From the NCBI RefSeq assembly GCF_963676685.1, contig NC_092355.1, forward strand, positions 124,001 through 188,000: a stretch of 64,000 nt of DNA, written 5' to 3'. The translations under genes were made by a program, and so were the position numbers. Position 1 is the stretch's first letter, and each line of letters starts with the position of its first letter. Below the pieces are notes generated by a model, which was not told where the DNA came from, ran no database searches, and was given only the letters and a program-made list of their open reading frames with translations. The stretch comes from Mytilus edulis. Its lineage: Eukaryota. Shown here one piece after another: positions 36,726 to 47,600 of this stretch.

Positions 36726-39700
36726 ATGGATCCCAGTCACGCGGAACCGCAAGAAGAGATACAGCCCCCAGAGGGAAATGTCCCAGATCTAGAACTACTA
36801 CAAAATCCGTCTAATACAACACTTTCAGATGAAAATGTCGAGACTAGGCGAGTGCGTGACCTCACAGAAAAAGGCAAAGGAGTTTTCACAGAAAAACGTG
36901 ACAAGTTCTGTCAGGAAATAGAGACCCTTTGGTCAGATGTAGAACCACAGTTATTGGAGATCACCACGCCTCCTAACGATCTCCAGCAACTCCTAACAGT
37001 CCAGGACAAACTTGTTAAAGCCTGTAATAATTATCGTAGGCTCACAGATGAATACCTAGACTTTCTGAAAAGGACCCGAACATTGGAGAGTCAAAAAGAA
37101 ATTGATGCATGTAAACTCTCTTTGGATTTACGTCTGTCCAAAGTGGAGCTAGTTATGGAAAAACTACACGAGCATCGCCTCGCTCTTACAAAGGCTAAAT
37201 CTACAAAAACAAAGACATCTAGAGGCAAGAAATCCTCACACAGTGGGAGCTCCCACGTCTCTGACATTTCAAGTCTTGCACGGAAGAAGCGTGCTAAAGC
37301 AGAGGCTGCCAGAACTCAGATAGCCTTTGCTGAAAAACAGGCCTTGCTCCTAAAGCAGGAGGCAATGATAGAAGAACAGACTCTTTTCAAGCAAAATGAA
37401 ATAAAGGCCGAGGCAGAACAAGAAGCCATCAGAGCAGAACAAGAAGCCATCAGAGCAGATCAAGAAGCCACAAGTAGAAATGCTGAGGCTGCACACCAGA
37501 GAGCTGAAATGAAACGCGAGGCCATACGCAGGAAAACTTTAATGGAACAGGAGGCTGCACGTGCAACACGGGAAAAGGCCGAAATTAAAGCTGCTATGAA
37601 CATTCTAGAAGCACAAAGAGAAGCTGCAGCCGCAGAAGCCGAGGCTCGTGTCCTAGAATACGACGGCAGCCAAGCATTTAGCGATCTTCCTGATGAAAAG
37701 GAAGACCCGCTCCGGCGTGTGCAAGATTTCGTCAATAAACTTCCTGTATCAACTGTTGAAAAGGAAGTAACAGGACCTCAAAAGAAAAAACAAATTCCTG
37801 TTAAGATCGAGCTGAGTCGCGAAGCACCAGCGTTCGTGCCATCCGTGGCACTGAACTTACTGTCACAGACATCTGCTGTCTTGCCTTCCGATACTAAGTC
37901 ACCGGAAGTTACCTCTATCCCAGATCTGGGATTAGTAACCGGCATACAAAAACTAGGCCTTTCAGATGAGATCCCTGCTGAACACCAAAAACAGGGTGTT
38001 AAAGAAGCAATCCCTGTCTTACGCACAAAACAAGACGTTATAGAAGAGATCCCTGTTTCACACCAAAAACAAGGCGTAATAGAAGAGATCCCTGTTGCAC
38101 ACCAGCAACAAATCAACCCAACATCGGAGATTACTAGATTTCTCTTGCGCAAGGACCTGCTTTTCTCCCGATTAACAAGCTTTAACGATCGGGCAGAATC
38201 CTTCCATACATGGAAAGCAAGCTTTAAAAACGTGACAGACGAGTTACAAGTATCTGACTCGGAACAGATTGATTTATTGATCAAGTGGCTCGGTCCTGAG
38301 TCTGCTAAACATGCCATAAGCATAAGAGCGTCGAACGCCAATAATCCTACAACAGGTATACAAAGATTATGGAAGAGGCTTGACGAGCGGTATGGTGCTC
38401 CAGAAATGTTGGAAGCCTCTCTCAGGAGTAAACTTGACAAATTCCCAACCTTGACGAATAAGGACAACGCACGTCTTTATGAACTGTCTGACATTCTATC
38501 AGAAATAGAATACCACAAGGAAAATCCCAAGCTGGGATGTCTGCTAGCTTATTTTGATTCACCGACCGGAATAAACCCTGTCATTGAAAAACTACCATAT
38601 GGACTTCAGGAAAAGTGGATTACAAGGGCGTCTAGATACAAATCTAATCACGGCGTTGCCTTTCCTCCTTTTACAGAGTTATCTGCATTCATCAGTGAAA
38701 TCAGTAGAATTAAAAACGATCCTGGATTAATCTTTGGGTCAAAAGTCACACCAAATACAAAAGGTGCTGCGCCAAGGTTCACGTCTTACCCCAAGACTAA
38801 AGTTGGTACTCATAAAACAGCGGTTGAGCAACAATCCGGAGACGCCAGCAAACAAGGTCTTTGTATTCTGCACAATACAAAGCATTCCTTAAATGAATGT
38901 CGAGCGTTCCGAGCCAAATCAATAGAGGAACGCAAAGGTCTTTTGAAAGAAAACAATGTCTGTTACAAGTGTTGTGATTCTACCAAACACAGAAGCCGGG
39001 AATGCAACGCACGCATAAGTTGTAAAGAATGTGGAAGTAAACAACACACTACCGCACTTCACATTACTAGACCACAGCAACCTTCAAGTTCTCAGTCTAG
39101 CTCGCCTAAGCAAGCCTACGGCGGGGAGCCTATAGAATCGGCTGAAACTAAGGCAACCTCAGTTAACTCTACCTGTACTGAGATCTGCAAAGATACATAT
39201 AGCGGGAAATCTTGTGCTAAAATACTGCCTGTGAATGTTTATCACAAAGATAACCAGGACAAAGTTATTCGCATGTACGCCATCATTGATGACCAAAGCA
39301 ACCGGTCACTAGCATCGCCCGAATTCTTTAATATTTTCGACGTCAAAGATAAACCGGAGAACTATACTTTATCAACATGCTCCGGCAAAGTAGTCACCTC
39401 CGGGAAAAGAGGAAGAGGTTTCATCATGGAATCAATCAACTGTAATGACAAGTTTGACCTTCCTGTACTGATTGAATGTGATCATATTCCAAATAATAGG
39501 GACGAAATTCCTACTCCGGAAGTCACAATGCATCACCCTCATCTAAAAGAACTCAGAGGAAGCATTCCACCATTAGACGAAAATTGCCAAATTCTTCTCC
39601 TAATTGGCAGAGACCTTATAGAGGCACACCACGTCCTTGACCAGCGCATAGGACCACCAAGAACTCCATATGCACAACAATTGAAACTTGGTTGGGTAGT

Positions 39701-40100
39701 GATAGGAGAAACCTGCATTAACAAGCAGCACGTACCCTTTGAATTAAATGTTAAAATAACCAACATTTTACCTACAGGACAACCTTCAACCTTTCAACCA
39801 TGCACAAGCAAGTTTGACATCCGGGAAAATTACACAGACCTTGTAACGAAAGATTTACAATCGCCACTCTTTGAAAAAACAAAGGACGATGATAAGCCTG
39901 GACAGTCATATGAGGACAAAATGTTCATGAAGCAGATGGACAACGAATTTGTGAGAGACTCGGAAGGAAGTTGGGTAGCACCGTTACCGTTCCGAGTGCC
40001 AAGACAGCCATTACCAAGCAACAGACCACAGGCTCTTCACCGTGCTAACATGTTAGACGCCAGTCTGAATAGAAGCGGGAACATTTTCTTACATTTATGA
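36726..40100 (+). CDS. gag: BEL/Pao Gag-protease part of the polyprotein
   Basis: Coiled coil, DUF1759-like region, three Cys/His knuckles (CILH..H...EC, CYKC..H...EC, CKEC...HTTALH), protease-like AIIDDQSNRS, LGWVVIG. Confidence 0.92.
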   Translation: MDPSHAEPQEEIQPPEGNVPDLELLQNPSNTTLSDENVETRRVRDLTEKGKGVFTEKRDKFCQEIETLWSDVEPQLLEITTPPNDLQQLLTVQDKLVKACNNYRRLTDEYLDFLKRTRTLESQKEIDACKLSLDLRLSKVELVMEKLHEHRLALTKAKSTKTKTSRGKKSSHSGSSHVSDISSLARKKRAKAEAARTQIAFAEKQALLLKQEAMIEEQTLFKQNEIKAEAEQEAIRAEQEAIRADQEATSRNAEAAHQRAEMKREAIRRKTLMEQEAARATREKAEIKAAMNILEAQREAAAAEAEARVLEYDGSQAFSDLPDEKEDPLRRVQDFVNKLPVSTVEKEVTGPQKKKQIPVKIELSREAPAFVPSVALNLLSQTSAVLPSDTKSPEVTSIPDLGLVTGIQKLGLSDEIPAEHQKQGVKEAIPVLRTKQDVIEEIPVSHQKQGVIEEIPVAHQQQINPTSEITRFLLRKDLLFSRLTSFNDRAESFHTWKASFKNVTDELQVSDSEQIDLLIKWLGPESAKHAISIRASNANNPTTGIQRLWKRLDERYGAPEMLEASLRSKLDKFPTLTNKDNARLYELSDILSEIEYHKENPKLGCLLAYFDSPTGINPVIEKLPYGLQEKWITRASRYKSNHGVAFPPFTELSAFISEISRIKNDPGLIFGSKVTPNTKGAAPRFTSYPKTKVGTHKTAVEQQSGDASKQGLCILHNTKHSLNECRAFRAKSIEERKGLLKENNVCYKCCDSTKHRSRECNARISCKECGSKQHTTALHITRPQQPSSSQSSSPKQAYGGEPIESAETKATSVNSTCTEICKDTYSGKSCAKILPVNVYHKDNQDKVIRMYAIIDDQSNRSLASPEFFNIFDVKDKPENYTLSTCSGKVVTSGKRGRGFIMESINCNDKFDLPVLIECDHIPNNRDEIPTPEVTMHHPHLKELRGSIPPLDENCQILLLIGRDLIEAHHVLDQRIGPPRTPYAQQLKLGWVVIGETCINKQHVPFELNVKITNILPTGQPSTFQPCTSKFDIRENYTDLVTKDLQSPLFEKTKDDDKPGQSYEDKMFMKQMDNEFVRDSEGSWVAPLPFRVPRQPLPSNRPQALHRANMLDASLNRSGNIFLHL

Positions 40101-43100
40101 GTAAAATCTTAGATAATAATCATGCAGAGCTCTCTCCACCATTGCACGAACATGAGGAGTGCTGGTATTTGCCATTGTTTGGTGTTTATCATCCGAAGAA
40201 ACCCGATCAGATAAGAGGTGTGTTTGATTCTTCCGCCAAATGTAACGGAGTTTCACTTAACAGCGTCCTGCTTACAGGTCCAGACTTGACCAATGATCTC
40301 TTGGGAGTATTGCTGCGTTTCAGGAAAGAAATGGTCGCAGTTACTGCAGACGTTCAACATATGTTTCACTGCTTTGTTGTCAGAAAAGACCACCGAAATT
40401 ATCTGAGATTTTTATGGCAGAAAGACAATGACCTACAGAAGAACCTTGTCGAATACCGCATGAGAGTTCATGTTTTCGGAAATAGTCCGTCACCTGCCGT
40501 TGCTACGCTTGGACTCAGAAAAGCAGCGCAAGCATCAGAACAAGAGTTTGGCAGTCACGTGACTAGCTTTGTTACAAGAGACTTCTATGTCGACGACGGT
40601 CTAACGTCATGTCCTACTAAAGAGGAAGCTGTTAAGCTCATGAAGGACACACAGCAAGCATTAGCAAAATATGGAAACTTACGCCTTCACAAGTTTGCCT
40701 CTAATTGTGCGGAAGTTATGTCTGCATTTCATGTCAGTGATTTGGCTTCAAATCTTAAAGATCTAGACTTAGAATGCGACAGCAAACCCCTACAACGTAG
40801 TCTTGGTCTCAGCTGGGACGTAAACACTGATAACTTCTTATTTCAATTATCATCAGAAAACAAACCGATCACTCGGAGAGGAATTTTATCAACGATAAAC
40901 AGTCTCTACGATCCTCTAGGATTTTTGGCTCCGGTGATTATACAAGGGAAACTCCTATTACGGAAAATAGTATCAGAAACCGTCGATTGGGACCAACCTC
41001 TTTCTGATGAGACAGCAGATGAGTGGAAATCTTGGAGAGACACTCTAATTGCTATCGAAACATTGCGCATTCCACGTACCTACGTGCCGTATCTCAGCAA
41101 AACCACCACAAAGGAGTTACATGTCTTCTCTGATGCATCAGAAAAAGCCATAGCAGCTGTTGCATATCTACGCACGACCGACAGTAGTGGTGAACCAAAC
41201 ATAGCTTTCATTCTTGGGAAAGCTAAAGTTGCACCAACAAGTGGTCATACTATTCCACGCCTCGAACTATCTGCTGCAGTATTAGCAGTCGAGATAACAC
41301 AGACCATCATGGATAATTTAGATTTACATATAGACACCGTAAAATTCTACACAGACAGTAAAGTAGTCCTAGGCTACATCAGTAACGAGACAAGAAGGTT
41401 CTTTATCTATGTGGCCAATAGAGTAGAGAAAATAAGAAAATTTAGCTCTCCAAGTCAATGGAATTATGTACCAACTAACCGTAATCCCGCAGACTCGGGA
41501 ACAAGGTCCGTACCTGCTCACGAAATTCATAGCAGCGAATGGTTATTAGGACCAAGACAACTTCTTTTCTCAGAACAAAAGAATTCTGAGGACATATATC
41601 AGCTAATAGACCCAGAGGAAGATGGAGAAATACGTGCAACTGTTAATGTTGCAAAAACATTTGCCACACTTGAGCAAAAAGGTATCGGAACTGATAGATT
41701 CAACAGATTCTCCAACTGGACATCACTTGTGCGAGCGATAGCCCTTTTGGAACGTTTCTCCCGTTTACACGGGTCAAAACAGACAGCACCAGTGACTTCT
41801 CTGGAAGGCTTTTCGAATGCCGAAAATTTCATCTTAATATCTGCTCAATATGAAGTTTACGGAGATGAAATAGATTGCATTAAACGTCAGGAACAAATTC
41901 ATAAGCGGAGTCCGATAGCTAACCTAAATCCGTTTTTGGACGAACGAGGACTATTACGAGTAGGAGGCCGTATCGCCAAATCTGACTTAAACCTCCGTGA
42001 AAAGAAACCATTGATCGTCCCTGGACGCCATCATATAGCGACATTATTAGTTCGATACTACCACAACAAGATAAAACATCAAGGTCGCCATTTCACAGAT
42101 GGAGCGATTCGATCCGCAGGATTTTGGATCGTAGGAGCAAAACGCTCGATCTCATCTATTATTCACAAATGTGTGACATGCCGCAAACTCAGAGGAAAAA
42201 CCGAGTATCAAATCATGTCTGATTTGCCAGAGGACCGTCTTGAACCTTCACCTCCGTTTACTAACGTTGGAATAGACACCTTTGGACCCTGGACAATTGT
42301 TTCACGTAAAACACGTGGTGGATATGCCAACTCAAAGCGTTGGGCAATTTTATTCACATGCTTAGTGACAAGAGCTATTCACATCGAATTAATCGAGGAA
42401 ATGAGTTCTTCAGCCTTCATAAACGCTGTCAGGAGATTCGCCGCTATAAGAGGCCAAGTTAAGATTTTCCGATCTGACCGTGGAACGAACTTTATCGGCG
42501 CAATCGACGATTTAAAGATTGACTCAATCAACGTTGAAGATGGACCCTTCAAGAACTTTCTGTACAATTCTGGTACAACTTGGATCTTCAATCCGCCGCA
42601 TTCGTCCCACATGGGTGGAGCCTGGGAAAGAATGATTGGTATCACCAGGAGAATTCTTGATTCTATGCTTCTTAACGCAGCCGGAAGAAGCCTAACACAT
42701 GACGTGCTCAACACACTAATGGCAGAAGTTTCAGCAATAGTGAACTCTAGACCTCTGGTACCGGTATCAACAGATCCAGAAAATCCGTTAATATTAACTC
42801 CGGCTATGTTATTGACACAGAAAACCGACTACATATTCACCTCAGATCATCTCGGAGAATTCGATAAACGAGATCTATGTCTTGCCGAATGGAGACGAGT
42901 ACAGGCTCTTGCCAGTGTTTTCTGGTCCCGTTGGAGGAAAGAATACCTGCCGTTACTACAACAACGACGAAAATGGACCGAAGATCGCCGTGATCTCATC
43001 GAAGGAGACGTCATTCTTCTAAAGGACAAAAACATTTGCCGTACCCAATGGCCCGTTGGAATCATAGTGAACTCATTTAAAAGTTCAGACGAACATGTCC

Positions 43101-43198
43101 GAAAAGCAGAAGTGCGAGTAATCGTTAATGAGAAAGCCACAACCTACACACGCCCTATCGTGGACATGATTCTTCTCGTAGAGAACAACTCTGTGTAA
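40097..43198 (+). CDS. pol: BEL/Pao RT-RNaseH-integrase part, separated from gag-PR by a frameshift near 40073
   Basis: RGVFDSSA, HVFGNSPSP, FYVDDGL (RT), VFSDASEKA and IPRLEL (RNase H), HHCC, GIDTFGP, SDRGTNF, GAWERMI (integrase). Confidence 0.95.
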   Translation: MSKILDNNHAELSPPLHEHEECWYLPLFGVYHPKKPDQIRGVFDSSAKCNGVSLNSVLLTGPDLTNDLLGVLLRFRKEMVAVTADVQHMFHCFVVRKDHRNYLRFLWQKDNDLQKNLVEYRMRVHVFGNSPSPAVATLGLRKAAQASEQEFGSHVTSFVTRDFYVDDGLTSCPTKEEAVKLMKDTQQALAKYGNLRLHKFASNCAEVMSAFHVSDLASNLKDLDLECDSKPLQRSLGLSWDVNTDNFLFQLSSENKPITRRGILSTINSLYDPLGFLAPVIIQGKLLLRKIVSETVDWDQPLSDETADEWKSWRDTLIAIETLRIPRTYVPYLSKTTTKELHVFSDASEKAIAAVAYLRTTDSSGEPNIAFILGKAKVAPTSGHTIPRLELSAAVLAVEITQTIMDNLDLHIDTVKFYTDSKVVLGYISNETRRFFIYVANRVEKIRKFSSPSQWNYVPTNRNPADSGTRSVPAHEIHSSEWLLGPRQLLFSEQKNSEDIYQLIDPEEDGEIRATVNVAKTFATLEQKGIGTDRFNRFSNWTSLVRAIALLERFSRLHGSKQTAPVTSLEGFSNAENFILISAQYEVYGDEIDCIKRQEQIHKRSPIANLNPFLDERGLLRVGGRIAKSDLNLREKKPLIVPGRHHIATLLVRYYHNKIKHQGRHFTDGAIRSAGFWIVGAKRSISSIIHKCVTCRKLRGKTEYQIMSDLPEDRLEPSPPFTNVGIDTFGPWTIVSRKTRGGYANSKRWAILFTCLVTRAIHIELIEEMSSSAFINAVRRFAAIRGQVKIFRSDRGTNFIGAIDDLKIDSINVEDGPFKNFLYNSGTTWIFNPPHSSHMGGAWERMIGITRRILDSMLLNAAGRSLTHDVLNTLMAEVSAIVNSRPLVPVSTDPENPLILTPAMLLTQKTDYIFTSDHLGEFDKRDLCLAEWRRVQALASVFWSRWRKEYLPLLQQRRKWTEDRRDLIEGDVILLKDKNICRTQWPVGIIVNSFKSSDEHVRKAEVRVIVNEKATTYTRPIVDMILLVENNSV

Positions 43199-46104
43199 TT
43201 ATTTGTATATATTATGGATTTATATAGTGACATTCACATGTGGAATACTTGTGGAATAGTGATATCAGATAGACATCAGACGGGGAGTATTCTGTTACAC
43301 CGTTCCGTAATTTATACAGTTCGTTTGATTATATTCTTAATCTATTTATGTGTTCCAGTCTAGGAGGATTATTCATCTTTAACCTCATAAGAACATTAAA
43401 ACATCGTATCATCGCTACCTTTCCCCTGCTCACACGGATCTCAAACCGAACATTGCAAGGTCATACCAGTTCTGGAGAACTTTTCAAAGGACAAACGTCA
43501 TCTAGGACACAATTCGTGGCTAACCACAGAGTGAGTTAACTTTACAACATTGTTTTTGAAGCCTTCAAATTACTCTATACATATTTGAACATTCTCTCCG
43601 TGAAACACTGGAAATTTAACTGCTCTTGAAAGTACAACATTTTCTCGGATCCAACGGACTGTGTTATCTATTACCTTTGACATTTCGTTTTAATAACATT
43701 AATTGAACACATTGTAAAATTGTATTTTATTTGTTTTTCAGCTTTTTACCATATGTCAGATTGGTTCATAATTAAAGTATCAGCACCTGATAGTCTTTTC
43801 TCCTTGAGCCCAATCGTCGGTTATACTTAATGGTCAGGCCATTACAATGAACATTTGTCAAGTAAAGAAGATATGTCTGTGCTCTATAAACATTCGTTAA
43901 AATAAACAGAACTCGTTTTTATGAACAATCGTTATGGGAAGAAGAGATGTTGGTGCTATATAAACATTTACAAAATTAAAGGATCATAAAGAACTGTGCG
44001 GAAGTCAAACGTTGCGGGAAGACGAAAAAGAACAATGAAAACTCAGAAGATTGTATTACATTTCTGTTTGATCAAATATTGTTTTATTATTTTGAATATA
44101 TATGTTATAGAATATTTTAAATGAAAAATATTGGAGAACTTGTTTTAAATTTTAGGGAATGGCTATTCATGTTTGAGGGCAAACATTATTTTTCAAAGGT
44201 GGGGAGAGTGTAACAAAATGGGGGTTCTTTGAAATGGAACTTGTTTTCCCTAAAATTGTGTGATGATGTTGTTAAAACCTTACCGTTTATTGACTGTTTT
44301 TATTTTATATTTCTTGTACAACTTTGTGTAAACATTGTTAACTTTTTATTCTTCTTAACGTCCATGTTTTGAATTTATATTCGGAACTCCCCTCGATTGT
44401 TCATATCAAATGAAGTACATAAACGTTTACCAATCGTTCCGAACATTATTTTGGTAATTACCAATTCCGGTTTTGGTAGTTTAGGTATTTTTCACCACTG
44501 GTAAATGGTAAACCATTTAGGTAATATTTTACCATAGTATAAATACATTGGAGCAAGCCAAAAAGGCTTCAGTACGACTTTACCCTGGGCAAGTGACACA
44601 CGCTAATTCCAAGCGATTGAATAACCAGAAATAACCAGACTATTTCCGTATAATGTTGGCTTGTTAGTTCCATAACAAGTTGTATTTAGAGAATTACTTC
44701 TCGAGAGAAACGTTATCAGTTTTGACATTGAATTTCCGTTACCATTTGCCGATTACCAAACTATCTTGTTCGTAAACTTTCTAGGTATTTATGTATTATA
44801 GTTCCGCTATCCATTTTCTTTACGATATTCTAATAAAGTAAGGTATTTATTTGTTAAACTAGAATCCTGTTACTTAAGTTATTTATTATGTCTACGAATT
44901 GCTGATATTTATTGCACGTATAAAATACAAGTTGATTTTTATTCGACGAGTCTGTTATTCTTACAAAAACCTAAACGGAACTAAACTAAGATCTATCAGA
45001 ATACCACAACGTACCACAAAACCTATACAGAACCAACTGTAGATTACCCGAATACCACGATACCAGAGAACCACGTTACCAAAGAAGAGTCGCCAGTTAT
45101 AACTTTAGTTCATATATTCCAGTCTTATAGCAACACACTAAGGGTTCCAATATTTATAGTTAACACCAAAGCTTGACCGCTCGGTTATCGTTACAATATG
45201 TATACATCCCACACGGTACAATTGAGGCCATACTTTGAGATTGGTTTTACTGCCGGTTGTATATTCAGTTGATCATTGGGATTAACTCAGTTTGATCAAT
45301 TAAGAGGTATGTCCCTTAATGATGATATCTTGTAGAAAAGACCCGATTCAAAAGGTAAAAATAAAAATCGATAGGATGTTGGAGTGTACTGATTGATAAC
45401 AATGTTTTATTTGTTATTGGATTTGAACAAGAAGTGTATCGATTTGATAAGTTATAACGACCTTTTCAACTGAATTATACAGTTTTTGGTTAGATGTATC
45501 AGTGAAATTGGTTAATGTAATAAACCTTACAATTTGGAAATATCTGGATTTCTCATTCCATAGTTACGGGTTAAGGTTATGCATGTATTTCTACACCGAA
45601 GTATATCGCAGTGCTAGTTTTTTATAGCCCCGTTCACTAGATGGGTCAAATTATAACAGCACCATGTGCTCTTGGTGCAGATATGCATCATTCATGATTA
45701 AGGTTTAAAGAATTTTCGTGTGCCGATGTTTTATAAACAAGGTAATGTCTTAGCAGTAGAATGTGTACACTTGCCTATTCCCTATTGATTTACGGCTTCA
45801 CTGGATTACCATGAAGGGTGTCACTAGAGGAGCAAAAACGCAGACCTTTTTGGATCATCTTAGTTTATAACCATTTTTTGCATGGTTAATAGCTCAATCT
45901 CATTTTTTTTCTGTGAGTGATTTTAGGACTTTTGTGTTGTTTAAGTTTTGATTTTTTGTTAAGCCTTGTTGTCAGTCTTTCTTTTACTTTTAGATTTTAA
46001 TAGCGTTAATGGAGTCTTCGAACTTCTTCATTCACAGATCAAGATTCAGAAGGTGTTAAACTCTGCACATTTTAATTTATTCCTTATTTGAACAACGGCT
46101 ATAG

Positions 46105-47148
46105 TTTTTATACGCCCGTCAAAATTTTGACGGGACGTATTATGGTATACAAATGTCCGATGTCCGTCCGTCTGTCCGTCCGTCTGTCCGTCCGTCTGTC
46201 TGTCTGTCTGTCCGGCGTAAACATGTCGCACCGTAACTTGAGAACGACTTATCTAAATTTCATGAAACTTAATATAGTTGGTTTTGATGATGGTCAAATG
46301 ATCTGTATACATTTTGGTGAAAATAAGATTTAAACTTTTTGAGTTACGGCACTTTGTAACTAAAACAGGGGTGTGTTTTTTCACATGTCGCACCGTATCT
46401 CAAAAACGATTCTTGATTATTGCTTAAAACTTTACACACTTCTTAGTTATATTAATCTTAATATCTGTATACTTTTTGGTCATGATTCAAAATTTCATTT
46501 TTGAGTTATTGAGTATTTTGTAATAAAATTAACGGTATCAATTTTCTTGCACCAGATGCGCATTTCGACAATACATGTCTCTTCAGTGATGCTCGTGGCC
46601 AAAATATTTGAAATCCAAAGCTTATATAAAAGATGAAGAGCTATAATCCAAAAGCTCCAAAAAGTATAGCCAAATCATGTAAAAAAGGGGGAGGGTTTTT
46701 TACATGTCGCGCCGTATCTCAAAAACGATTTATGATTATTGCTTAAAACTTTACACACTTCTTTGTTATATTAATCTAAAGATCTCTATACTTTTTGGTG
46801 ATGGTTCAAAATTTCATTTTTGAGTTATTGAGTATTTTGTAAAAAAGGGGAGGGTTTTTTTTACATGTCGAGCCGTATATCAAAAACAATTTATGATTAT
46901 TGCTTGAAACTGTATACACTTCTTTGTTATATTAATCTAAAGATCTGTATACTTTTTGGTTTGATTCAAAATTTTATTTTAGTGATATTTGTAAAAAAAA
47001 AACATTTGGGTTTCACATGTCCCGCCGTGTCTTAAAAGCAATAAATGGTAATTGCTTAAAACTTTCTCAGAAACTATTTATGATTATTGCATAAAACTTC
47101 CACACAAGAAGTCGGGCGTATCATGCGCTCATGGCGCAGCTGTTTATT
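46105..47148 (+). mobile_element. HINE-like non-autonomous Helentron with ~160-bp core repeats
   Basis: tttttatacgcccgtc-aaaatttt-gacggg, (gtcc/gtct)n, core repeats, 3' cgggcgtat plus tgcgc-tcatg-gcgca hairpin. Confidence 0.8.
46521..46676 (-). mobile_element. Family A retrozyme fragment with a complete hammerhead (46549-46592), inserted in a HINE core repeat
   Basis: Matches the first ~155 bp of the 350-bp unit and begins at the same taataaaa terminus. Confidence 0.88.
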
Positions 47149-47424
47149 AAACTATGATATTTTTATTTACCAAATGTGTTTATATATATCATGTTTTCAT
47201 ATTATAAAAATGATACGGTTTATACATTTTAGACCTATAACTGAGCCAAACATGAATAAAATGACTTTTTAGGTGAGCAGGAACGAAGTTAGAATGGAAG
47301 GTCCAATGATACGTCAAAATCAGCTGTCAGTGATTATGTTGTATGAATCTTGCTGTATGGAAATAATCTCATCATAGATACCAGATACAGCTAAGGTAAT
47401 CCACTCCTGAGTTAGAAAATCCTT

Positions 47425-47600
47425 ACCTTAGCTGTTGTTGGCAAAACTTTTAGTAATTTTGGTCTTTCGTGCTTTTGAACTTCGTCTTTTATTTGGCCTT
47501 TAATACTTTGTTGGATTCGAGCGTCATTGATGAGGCTTTTGCAGACGAAACGCGCGTCTGCCGTATATACAAAATTTAATCCTGGTACTTATAATGAGTT
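47425..47600 (+). mobile_element. Degenerate family B retrozyme copy (hammerhead remnant 47521-47564)
   Basis: gcgtcaTTGATGAggcttttgcagacGAAAcgcgcgtc: first core base and helix II are mutated. Confidence 0.65.

Larger units (their letters stand above)
35887..43846 (+). mobile_element. BEL/Pao LTR retrotransposon nested in the Gypsy element; LTRs 35887-36445 and 43288-43846
   Basis: 559-bp LTRs with no differences seen by eye, ATGAA 5-bp TSD (35882-35886 / 43847-43851), PPT agacggggag before the 3' LTR, domain order gag-PR-RT-RH-IN. Confidence 0.97.
32573..45195 (+). mobile_element. Gypsy-type LTR retrotransposon, non-autonomous (gag only); LTRs 32573-33559 and 44209-45195
   Basis: 987-bp TGTAAC...GTTACA LTRs with one substitution noticed, ATAT TSD, PBS tggtggcagcgg at 33561-33572 (tRNA-Leu 3' end), PPT 44195-44208. 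The empty paralogous site is at ~53488. Confidence 0.95.
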
